From the NCBI GenBank assembly GCA_947581825.1, contig CANPVP010000009.1, forward strand, positions 10,366 to 74,365: 64,000 nt of DNA, written 5' to 3'. Origin of the DNA: an uncultured Clostridia bacterium (GTDB lineage Bacteria > Bacillota > Clostridia > TANB77 > CAG-508). This document shows positions 49,914 through 57,858 of the stretch, one piece after another; positions within the stretch are counted from its first letter, which is position 1, and each line of letters begins with the position of its first letter. A model generated the notes under the pieces. The model saw only the letters and a list, made by a program, of their open reading frames with translations, made no database searches and was not told where the DNA came from. The translations under genes and the position numbers were made by a program.

Positions 49914-50408
49914 TTACGCTTCCTCATCATCTTCTAAATCTTCTTCATAACTATTATTTTCAATCTCTTCATTCAAATCGAATTTCTCATTTTCTTCATC
50001 ATTCTTATTTGTATCTTGTTGTTCTTCTGAATTTTCTGATGCATTGTTTACTACTTTCCCGCAATTAGGGCAATAATTAAATTCTACATATATTTCTGAA
50101 TAACAATTAGGGCATTGTTTTTTATTATTTAATTCTAAAAGCTTCTTTCTACATTCTTCTATTTCATCTGCTAATTTATCTATTTTTTTACAATGTTCTT
50201 TTTTTCTGTCTTCGAAATCATCCATTTCTTCTCTTACATTATTCTCATATACGATTTTTCCTAATTCTGTATATAAATCATTTATTTTTGTTTTATAATC
50301 ACTCATTTTCCACTTCAATTTTGTTATTGATGCTAATCTATTTGTTTGTTGAGTTGTATATTTACATGTTTTATTTGCTACGTTTCCTAGCTTTTCAAAA
50401 AATTCCAT
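49914..50408 (-). CDS. Zinc-ribbon protein with coiled coil and acidic tail
   Basis: CPNC...CPNCG ribbon. Start MEFFEKLG at 50408 (RBS GGAGG 8 nt upstream). Confidence 0.6.
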   Translation of the reverse strand: MEFFEKLGNVANKTCKYTTQQTNRLASITKLKWKMSDYKTKINDLYTELGKIVYENNVREEMDDFEDRKKEHCKKIDKLADEIEECRKKLLELNNKKQCPNCYSEIYVEFNYCPNCGKVVNNASENSEEQQDTNKNDEENEKFDLNEEIENNSYEEDLEDDEEA

Positions 50409-50540
50409 ATTTCTTACCTCCAAAAATATTATATGTAAATCAACTTAAATTTATTCTGTATAAAATTATTATAAAAGTATAAAACTAGTTTTAATAGATT
50501 AAAAAACAAATTACATTATTTGTAATTTGTTTCCAATTTT

Positions 50541-51533
50541 TTATATTTGTTCTGACTTTTTAGTTCTAGTCATCAATTTATAAACTGCTTCATTTGCATC
50601 TAATTCATTGTATAAAACATCATATACTGTATTGATAATTGGTGTATCTAAATTGAATTTTCTTGACAATTCATAAGCAACATCAATATTATCTATGCTT
50701 TCTATTGTCATTCCAATTTCTTTTCGTACATCTTCTATTTTCATTCCTTTACCAACTAACTTACCAGCTCTTCTATTTCTACTATGTTCACTTCCACAAG
50801 TTACAATTAAATCTCCTAAACCTGTTAATCCATAAAAAGTTTCTGTTTTTCCTCCTAGTGCTGTACCTAATCTATTTATTTCTGCTAACCCTCTTGTTAC
50901 TAATGCAGCAAAAGAATTATCTCCCAAATTTAATCCTGTTGCAATTCCTGCACAAAATGCAATTATATTTTTTAAGCCTCCACCTAGCTCAACACCTTTT
51001 ATATCTGTTGATGTGTATACTCTCATATCTTTATTCATAAAAAGTTCTTGAATCTCGTCGTTTAATTTGGTGTCACTTGATGCTACTACCATTGCAGTAG
51101 GTATTCCAACAGACACTTCTTCAGCATGGCTTGGGCCTGCTAAAGCTCCTATTTTATTGTTTGGTAATTCTTGTCTTATAACTTCATCTAATGTTAGAAG
51201 TGTTTCTTTTTCAAAGCCTTTTGTACATATTATAATTGGTTGATTTTCTTTTACATATTGCTTATATTGTTTTACGGTATTTCTTGTAAATAGTGATGGT
51301 GTTACATGTAAAATTAAATCTGCACCTTCTATAACATCTTTATATTCTAAAGAGCAATAAATATTATCTGGTAAGGTTACTTCTGGTAAAAACTTACATT
51401 TTTTTTCATTATTTATTAAATCTGCTTCTTCTTTAGCAAAAGACCATACTCTTACATTATTTCCTTTCTTTGCTAAATGAATTGCCAAAGCTATTCCCCA
51501 GCTACCACTACCTATAATTGCTATATTTTTCAT
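50541..51533 (-). CDS. gpsA: NAD(P)H-dependent glycerol-3-phosphate dehydrogenase
   Basis: 330 aa. IIGSGSWG dinucleotide fold and GLKNIIA motifs. Confidence 0.95.
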   Translation of the reverse strand: MKNIAIIGSGSWGIALAIHLAKKGNNVRVWSFAKEEADLINNEKKCKFLPEVTLPDNIYCSLEYKDVIEGADLILHVTPSLFTRNTVKQYKQYVKENQPIIICTKGFEKETLLTLDEVIRQELPNNKIGALAGPSHAEEVSVGIPTAMVVASSDTKLNDEIQELFMNKDMRVYTSTDIKGVELGGGLKNIIAFCAGIATGLNLGDNSFAALVTRGLAEINRLGTALGGKTETFYGLTGLGDLIVTCGSEHSRNRRAGKLVGKGMKIEDVRKEIGMTIESIDNIDVAYELSRKFNLDTPIINTVYDVLYNELDANEAVYKLMTRTKKSEQI

Positions 51534-51579
51534 AAAAAAACCTCCATGTATAAATTTAATTATTTATATCTAATTTATT

Positions 51580-52221
51580 TTACTTTTTACTAAAGCTAAT
51601 CCTATTTTCTGTTCCATCTGCAATTCTTTTGATATTAGCTCTATGATTAAATATAACAATAACAGCTAATATAATGCTAAATATCAGATAACTCATTGTT
51701 TCTCCTGGTACTATAAAAAATTCCTTACCTATATACAAGGTCAAAACAGGAAATAAAATTGCAGCTGCGATTGATCCTACAGATACCATTCTAGTTAATA
51801 CTATTAATACTAATGCAAAAGTTAAACAAATAACTCCTATTTGCCAGTTAGTTATTAATAATACTCCTAATGATGTAGCAATTCCTTTGCCTCCTCTAAA
51901 GCCAAAGAATATAGGAAATGTATGTCCTATTATAACAAGTATTCCTGCTATTTGAATAAGCAATGATGGATTATCAATATCTTTCACATATTTTCCCATA
52001 AGAAAAGCTAATACAATAGCTACTATTCCTTTTAGAATATCTAAAATCAAGGTTATTAGAGCTGCCTTTTTTCCAACTGTTCTCAAAACATTTGTTGACC
52101 CTGCATTTCCGCTACCTTTTTCTCTTAAATCAAATCCTGCAAATTTTTTGCTAATTATAACAGAAAAATTTATACTTCCTATTAAATATGCCACTATTCC
52201 CATTACTATGTATGGTCCCAT
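51580..52221 (-). CDS. plsY: Acyl-phosphate:glycerol-3-phosphate acyltransferase
   Basis: GSGNAGSTNVLR and FRGGKGIAT motifs. Start MGPYIVMG at 52221 (RBS AAAGGAG 8 nt upstream). Confidence 0.93.
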   Translation of the reverse strand: MGPYIVMGIVAYLIGSINFSVIISKKFAGFDLREKGSGNAGSTNVLRTVGKKAALITLILDILKGIVAIVLAFLMGKYVKDIDNPSLLIQIAGILVIIGHTFPIFFGFRGGKGIATSLGVLLITNWQIGVICLTFALVLIVLTRMVSVGSIAAAILFPVLTLYIGKEFFIVPGETMSYLIFSIILAVIVIFNHRANIKRIADGTENRISFSKK

Positions 52222-52275
52222 ATTTATCACTCCTTTATCTCTTGTTTATATTAGTTTAATAACACAAAGTACTAG

Positions 52276-53598
52276 TTACTTTTCACTTTTTTCTCTTACA
52301 ATCATTCTAATTGGTGTTCCTTGAAGTCCAAATTCTTTTCTTATATGATTTATTAAGTATCTTTCATATGAGAAATGAAATAAATCTTTACTATTTACAA
52401 AAACCACAAAAGTTGGTGGCTTTGTAGAAGCCTGTGTCATATAATATACTTTTAATCTTTTTCCTTTATCTGATGGTGGTTGAACAATTGCTACAGCTTC
52501 ATTAAGCACTTGGTTTAACATTGATGTTGACACTCTCATAGCATTTTGATCTGCAACAAAGTTTATCAATTCATATAGTTTATTTATTCTCTGACCAGTT
52601 TTAGCAGAGATAAATAAAATTGGAGCATATGTTAAATATGATAATCTATTATATACTTCTTTTTTGAATTTTTCCATTGTATGGTCATCTTTTTCTATTT
52701 CATCCCATTTATTAACAATTAGAATTATACCTTTTCCTGCTTCATGTGCTTCTCCTGCAATTTTTGCATCTTGATCTGTAACACCTTCTGTTGCATCAAT
52801 CATCATCAAGCAAACATCAGATCTTTCTATAGCATATAAAGTTCTCATTACACTAAACTTTTCTATAGATTCATTAACTTTACTTTTTCGTCTGATACCT
52901 GCTGTATCAATAAAAACATATTTTCCAAATTCATTTTCATATTCAGAATCTATTGCATCTCTTGTAGTTCCTGCAATATCACTTACAATAACTCTAGACT
53001 CGCCTAATATTTTATTTACTAATGATGATTTTCCAACATTAGGTTTTCCTATAATAGCTACTTTAATAATATTATCTTCTTCTTCATTTTCGTTCTCTTC
53101 CGGTAAATTATTGTAAACCTCATCCAATAAATCTCCTATACCTAGTGCATTTGCAGCTGATACTGGAAATGGTGTTCCTAATCCCAAGTTATAAAACTCG
53201 TATATTTCATCTGATGTTTTTCCAAAATTGTCAGCCTTATTGCAAACTAGAATAACAGGCTTTTTTGATTTTCTTAATATTTGAGCTATTTCTCTATCTG
53301 CTGCTGTTATTCCTGCTTGAATATCTGTTAAAAACAAAATAACATCTGCGACTCCTATTGCAATATTAGCTTGTTCTCTCATTCCAGAGATTATTATGTC
53401 ATCTGTTTGCTCTTCTATTCCAGCTGTATCTATTAGAGAAAACTTTCTTCCTCTCCATTCTGCATCTGCATATATTCTGTCTCTAGTAACACCTGGGGTA
53501 TCTTCAACTATTGATATTCTTTGTCCTATTATATAATTAAAAAAAGTTGACTTTCCAACATTAGGTCTTCCTACTATTGCTACTGTTGGCTTTGACAC
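52276..53598 (-). CDS. der: Ribosome-associated GTPase Der (EngA), double G-domain
   Basis: 440 aa. Two GxPNVGKS P-loops, DTAG motifs, NKxD motifs and a KH-like C-terminus. Confidence 0.95.
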   Translation of the reverse strand: MSKPTVAIVGRPNVGKSTFFNYIIGQRISIVEDTPGVTRDRIYADAEWRGRKFSLIDTAGIEEQTDDIIISGMREQANIAIGVADVILFLTDIQAGITAADREIAQILRKSKKPVILVCNKADNFGKTSDEIYEFYNLGLGTPFPVSAANALGIGDLLDEVYNNLPEENENEEEDNIIKVAIIGKPNVGKSSLVNKILGESRVIVSDIAGTTRDAIDSEYENEFGKYVFIDTAGIRRKSKVNESIEKFSVMRTLYAIERSDVCLMMIDATEGVTDQDAKIAGEAHEAGKGIILIVNKWDEIEKDDHTMEKFKKEVYNRLSYLTYAPILFISAKTGQRINKLYELINFVADQNAMRVSTSMLNQVLNEAVAIVQPPSDKGKRLKVYYMTQASTKPPTFVVFVNSKDLFHFSYERYLINHIRKEFGLQGTPIRMIVREKSEK

Positions 53599-53650
53599 TA
53601 TTTCTCACCTCTATTCGTTATCGATTTACATTTTATAACATTTGAAATAT

Positions 53651-55234
53651 TTAGTCAATTGTTAATACTTCAATTGCACATTTAATTCCATCTACTGCTG
53701 CAGACATTATTCCTCCTGCATATCCTGCTCCTTCTCCACAAGGATATATTCCATCTATATTTGACACTAATCTCTCATTTCTTGGTATTTTAACAGGTGA
53801 TGAACTTCTTGTTTCTACACCTGTTAAAATAGCATCTTTATCTGCAAAACCCTTTATTCTTTTATCAAAATATACTATTCCTTCTTTTAATGTTTTTGAT
53901 ACAAAATCCGGCAATATTTCATTTAAATTAGAAAGCGTTACTCCTGGCATATAAGTTGGTTTTACTTCTCCTATAAATTCAGATTTTCTATTTTGAAGAA
54001 AATCTTCAACTCTTTGAACTGGTGCAAAATAATTTTTTCCACCTAATTTATATGCTTTTTCTTCTAAATCTTTTTGAAAATATATACCTTCTAATGGTGA
54101 ATCTCCTTTAAAATCATCTGGAGTTACATTTACTAATATTGCACTATTTGCATTTTCTCCATCTCTCGCAAATCTACTCATTCCATTTGTAACAACAGTA
54201 TGTTCATCACTAGATGAGCCTACTACTACACCACCTGGACACATACAGAAAGTATAACATGATCTACCATCTTCTCCATGATATGCTAGTTTATATTCTG
54301 CTGGTGGCAATTTCAATTTTGTTTTTTCAGAATATTGGGATTTATTTATCATTTCCTGTTTGTGCTCTATTCTTACACCTACTGAAAAATTCTTTTTTTC
54401 CATGTTAACACCTTTTTCATATAATTTTTCAAAAGTATCTCTAGCACTATGACCTATCGCTAATATTACAGTATCAGTTTCTATTTTTCTTTTATCAGAA
54501 ATTACTGACTTGATTCTATTATTTTCTATTTCAAAATCTATTGCCTTTTCATTAAATAAAAACTCTCCACCTGATCTTATTATCTCTTCTCTCATATTTT
54601 TTATTATATTTATTAAATTGTCTGTTCCTATGTGAGGTTTACTTATATATGCTATTTGTTTTGGTGCTCCAAAATTTATAAACTCTTCTATAACTTTACC
54701 GCAAAGTTTATTATTTATGCCTGTTGTAAGCTTTCCATCTGAAAAAGTTCCTGCTCCACCTTCTCCAAATTGAACATTAGATTTAGTGTTTAATTTTCCT
54801 GTTTTAAAAAATTCATCCACATCTTTTTTTCTTTCTTCAACTTTTTTCCCTTGTTCCAATATAATTGGCTGTATACCATTTTCTACAAAAGTAAGTGCAG
54901 CAAATAACCCTGCTGGTCCTGCTCCAATAATTACAGGTTTAAATTTACTTTTTCTCTTTACACTTATTGGCTTTACTTCTTGTTTTTCGATAATTTCTAT
55001 ATTATTTTTATTTTTTATACTTCTATAGATTATCTGTTCTTTTTCCATCATAACTTCTATATCTACAGAATAAGAATAATGGATATCATTTTTATCTCTT
55101 GCATCTATTGATTTCTTAAAAATACGCCAAGAAATTATAATTGATTTATCAATACCATATTTATCACAAATTAAATTAAAAACTTTTTCTTCTGAAATAT
55201 CCTCTCTAACTTTTATTTGTTTAAATCTTATCAT
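53651..55234 (-). CDS. FAD-dependent oxidoreductase (uncharacterised NAD(FAD)-utilising dehydrogenase family)
   Basis: 527 aa. GAGPAGLFAA dinucleotide motif after a ~90-aa N-terminal domain, and a C-terminal GEGAGYAGGI motif. Confidence 0.8.
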   Translation of the reverse strand: MIRFKQIKVREDISEEKVFNLICDKYGIDKSIIISWRIFKKSIDARDKNDIHYSYSVDIEVMMEKEQIIYRSIKNKNNIEIIEKQEVKPISVKRKSKFKPVIIGAGPAGLFAALTFVENGIQPIILEQGKKVEERKKDVDEFFKTGKLNTKSNVQFGEGGAGTFSDGKLTTGINNKLCGKVIEEFINFGAPKQIAYISKPHIGTDNLINIIKNMREEIIRSGGEFLFNEKAIDFEIENNRIKSVISDKRKIETDTVILAIGHSARDTFEKLYEKGVNMEKKNFSVGVRIEHKQEMINKSQYSEKTKLKLPPAEYKLAYHGEDGRSCYTFCMCPGGVVVGSSSDEHTVVTNGMSRFARDGENANSAILVNVTPDDFKGDSPLEGIYFQKDLEEKAYKLGGKNYFAPVQRVEDFLQNRKSEFIGEVKPTYMPGVTLSNLNEILPDFVSKTLKEGIVYFDKRIKGFADKDAILTGVETRSSSPVKIPRNERLVSNIDGIYPCGEGAGYAGGIMSAAVDGIKCAIEVLTID

Positions 55235-55351
55235 TTTTACCTCTAAACCCTTTAATTAATATGTAAAATTATACTATTATTGCTATGAATTTTCAAGTTA
55301 TATATATGTGAAATTTAATTATAACTATTTCATCTAATCATTGTATAAAAC

Positions 55352-55380
55352 TTGTAAATTTACATTATTTGTGATATAAT
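55352..55380 (+). promoter_or_regulatory. Sigma-A promoter with extended -10 upstream of the GC-rich cassette
   Basis: TTGTAA - 17 nt (ending TGa) - TATAAT. The sequence turns GC-rich about 12 nt downstream. Confidence 0.6.
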
Positions 55381-55467
55381 ATATTTTACATTCGCCGTAT
55401 CCCAAAATGTGGATACACCGCCCAGTGCCTTAAAAAGCACGCGCTTAGAGAAAGGAGCCAGAAGATT

Positions 55468-55743
55468 ATGGCAACGTTTGAATGCAGTGACCTTTTAGTT
55501 CACTTATTGGAAACCTTACCTCCCAGCAAATACTATCTCTTTGACTATCCTGAAGAGGAGAAGGTCGGTATCGTGGATGACCTGTATCACTTGAGTGATG
55601 CAGCCGTCATGATGTACATCACTATTGACTGTGATACAAAAAGTACATTTTTCGATGCCGTCCATGCGGCCTGGGAAAAAATTGAGACTGTCAGAGGTAA
55701 GCCGGTAAAGCACTATGCAGATAGTGCTTTACACACAAGCTAA
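55468..55743 (+). CDS. Orphan 91-aa acidic cytoplasmic protein, compositionally foreign
   Basis: RBS AAAGGAG 10 nt upstream and a strong terminator 7 nt after the stop. Many C/G-ending codons (GTC, GCC, GAC, CAC, CTG, CCG, AAG, GAG), unlike every neighbouring gene. No motif recognised. Confidence 0.7.
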   Translation: MATFECSDLLVHLLETLPPSKYYLFDYPEEEKVGIVDDLYHLSDAAVMMYITIDCDTKSTFFDAVHAAWEKIETVRGKPVKHYADSALHTS

Positions 55744-55749
55744 AAAACG

Positions 55750-55786
55750 AACAGGACCACCCTTCACGGGTAGTCCTGTTTGTTTT
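55750..55786 (+). terminator. GC-rich intrinsic terminator of the orphan gene (probably bidirectional)
   Basis: AACAGGAC-CACCC-ttcac-GGGTA-GTCCTGTT followed by TGTTTT. It abuts the stop of the convergent DUF3592 gene. Confidence 0.8.
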
Positions 55787-56234
55787 ATCTTGAAAAATTA
55801 GTTCCAAAAAAAACTATACTTATAGCTATAGCTCCCACAAGTGAAATGAATAAACCTGACCAATCATTTTTTTCAACATTGTCTGAGGGATCATCAGAAT
55901 TATACATTATTCTAACCTGCTTTCCTAGCTTTGGCTTTCCACTTGAAGCTACTTTTCTTACACATCTATATGTATTACCATCTACTTCAAATTCAATAAT
56001 AGGAGCATATGTAACACTTTCACCATAATAAGTATCATTTGTATTTCCTATCCTTATTGAAGTTCCTGACCCTGTACCATATCTATTATCATCCCTAGAT
56101 ACATGTCTTTCATAATCTACAATTGTTCCAATCGTTTCCCTAAAAGCTGGATTATTTACCTTCATATGATGTATAATTTGTTTTACTATTCCTGTAAAAA
56201 TTACTGCTCCACAAATAATATAAACTAACGTCAT
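55785..56234 (-). CDS. DUF3592-type membrane protein
   Basis: 149 aa. N- and C-terminal TMs flank a beta-rich domain (APIIEFEVDGNTY...GKQVRIMYNSDDP). Confidence 0.65.
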   Translation of the reverse strand: MTLVYIICGAVIFTGIVKQIIHHMKVNNPAFRETIGTIVDYERHVSRDDNRYGTGSGTSIRIGNTNDTYYGESVTYAPIIEFEVDGNTYRCVRKVASSGKPKLGKQVRIMYNSDDPSDNVEKNDWSGLFISLVGAIAISIVFFGTNFSR

Positions 56235-56274
56235 ATAATGCCAACTCCTTCTTATTACAACTATTTTTTTAATT

Positions 56275-57060
56275 TTATTTTCTTTTAATTCTTGGTATAA
56301 AATTCTCTGTAAACTTATATTTATCTCTATGCTTTATGTATAAATAACCAAATATTGAGAACGTCAATGCTCCTATAAAATTTACAATTAAATCTTGCAT
56401 TGTATCATTCAAACCAACATCCAAATATCCACCTTCTATTGTAGTTTCCTCAAGTTCTCCATTTTTATAAGTATACACTTTTGAAAATTTAATATTTTCA
56501 ATTTTCTCTGGTTCGTTAAGACCTTCTTTATTTAGAGAAACGGATTTTATTTGTGTTACTATTGAATCCTTTTGCATATCATGATTCGTAAAATTGTCTA
56601 CTCCGTATTCATAAAATTCCCATAATACACCTATTGTCATTGAAAAGCAGAATGCTAGAAGTGCAACAAAAACACTAGATAGATGCATATGAACTTTATC
56701 ATTTTGATTTAATATATCTACTAGAGAAAAACCTATTCCTGCACATATAAAACCATTTATTGTATGTAGAATTATATCCCAATATGGAAATACTTTATAG
56801 AAATAACTAATTTCTCCTAATATTAAAGATGCATATATAAATAATAATATAATTATTTCTAGAGTATTTGGTAGTTCTATATTAAATTTTCTATCTAATA
56901 TACTGGGTACTAGAAATAATAGCAAGGTTAATATGCATAAGAAAACATTATTCCAGTTTTTTAAAAATATTTGAATAATTAAAGCTACTATAACAAGAAA
57001 TCTTAATATTAAATAAACTATTATAACTTTTTTTTTGTTTTTAGCTATATTATCTTTCAA
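56275..57060 (-). CDS. Integral membrane protein (possibly DUF2238/YjdF-like)
   Basis: 261 aa, about 6 TMs, with a WDIILHTINGF segment. The family call is tentative. Confidence 0.5.
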   Translation of the reverse strand: MKDNIAKNKKKVIIVYLILRFLVIVALIIQIFLKNWNNVFLCILTLLLFLVPSILDRKFNIELPNTLEIIILLFIYASLILGEISYFYKVFPYWDIILHTINGFICAGIGFSLVDILNQNDKVHMHLSSVFVALLAFCFSMTIGVLWEFYEYGVDNFTNHDMQKDSIVTQIKSVSLNKEGLNEPEKIENIKFSKVYTYKNGELEETTIEGGYLDVGLNDTMQDLIVNFIGALTFSIFGYLYIKHRDKYKFTENFIPRIKRK

Positions 57061-57078
57061 ATTTATCCTCCATCAAAT

Positions 57079-57810
57079 TTAAACTACAAAAAAAAGCACA
57101 CATAAAACATGTAATAAACTTCCTAAAACACATGCCAAATGAAATATTGAATGCATCCATTTATGTTTTTTCCCTAATCCATACAATACAGCTCCTATTG
57201 TATATACAATTCCTCCTCCTACTAATAGAATAAAACCAGTTGTTCCTAATAGTTTTGGTAGTACATTTCCTTTTATAATTATGCACCACCCCATTGCTAA
57301 ATAGCATATCATAGAAAAAGTTTTGTATTTTTTCAAATCTATAGAATTAAAAACTACACCTAGAACTGCTAATCCCCACACAATACCAAAAATTGCCCAT
57401 CCTAAGGCGGTATTATACTCTCTTAGAGTACATAGGGTAAAAGGTGTATATGAACCTGCAATTAGTAAGAATATTGAACAATGATCTATTATTTGAAATA
57501 CTTTTTTTGCTTTTGATTTTGGCTTTAGTCCATGGTAAATACTAGACATTGTATATAAAGCAATTAGTGTAACTCCAAATATAGCACTTGATACTATTCC
57601 ATATACATTCCTATGAATTGCAGCAAATATAACACATAAAGTTAATGCAACAATTCCTAAAGCTCCTCCAACAATATGAGATACCATGTTAAAAACTTCT
57701 TCGCCTTTTGTGTATGTTGGCAGAATTCTATCAGCTAATTTTGTTCTAACCATATTTTTCTCCTTATCAAATATTTTCTTTATGTTATCATATGTAGAAA
57801 ATTTTTTCAA
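57079..57810 (-). CDS. Hemolysin III / PAQR family membrane protein
   Basis: 243 aa, 7 TMs, with SxxxH...D, HxxxH-type motifs (SSIYHGL, IDHCSIF, HSIFHLACV). Confidence 0.85.
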   Translation of the reverse strand: MKKFSTYDNIKKIFDKEKNMVRTKLADRILPTYTKGEEVFNMVSHIVGGALGIVALTLCVIFAAIHRNVYGIVSSAIFGVTLIALYTMSSIYHGLKPKSKAKKVFQIIDHCSIFLLIAGSYTPFTLCTLREYNTALGWAIFGIVWGLAVLGVVFNSIDLKKYKTFSMICYLAMGWCIIIKGNVLPKLLGTTGFILLVGGGIVYTIGAVLYGLGKKHKWMHSIFHLACVLGSLLHVLCVLFFVV

Positions 57811-57858
57811 TATACATATTAATAAAAACCTGTATACACAATACAGGTTTTTATTTTA

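Noticed and set aside
49584-50408. Convergent gene pair separated by 3 nt without a terminator, considered as a toxin-antitoxin or antisense-regulated pair
   Set aside because: The products (108-aa unknown, 164-aa zinc-ribbon/coiled-coil protein) show no TA-like features, and convergent arrangement is not the TA operon layout. There is nothing beyond the tight spacing.
55516-55713. Minus-strand 65-aa ORF inside the GC-rich cassette
   Set aside because: It has no RBS and is antisense to an ORF that has an RBS, a promoter and a terminator. Higher GC simply lowers stop-codon frequency.
55388-55790. GC-rich segment as tmRNA, SRP RNA or another large ncRNA
   Set aside because: It has no tmRNA ends (GGGG...UUCGA...CCACCA), no tag frame, and no SRP domain-IV motif. 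Instead there is a clean RBS, a 91-codon ORF and a terminator. An Rfam scan is still recommended.
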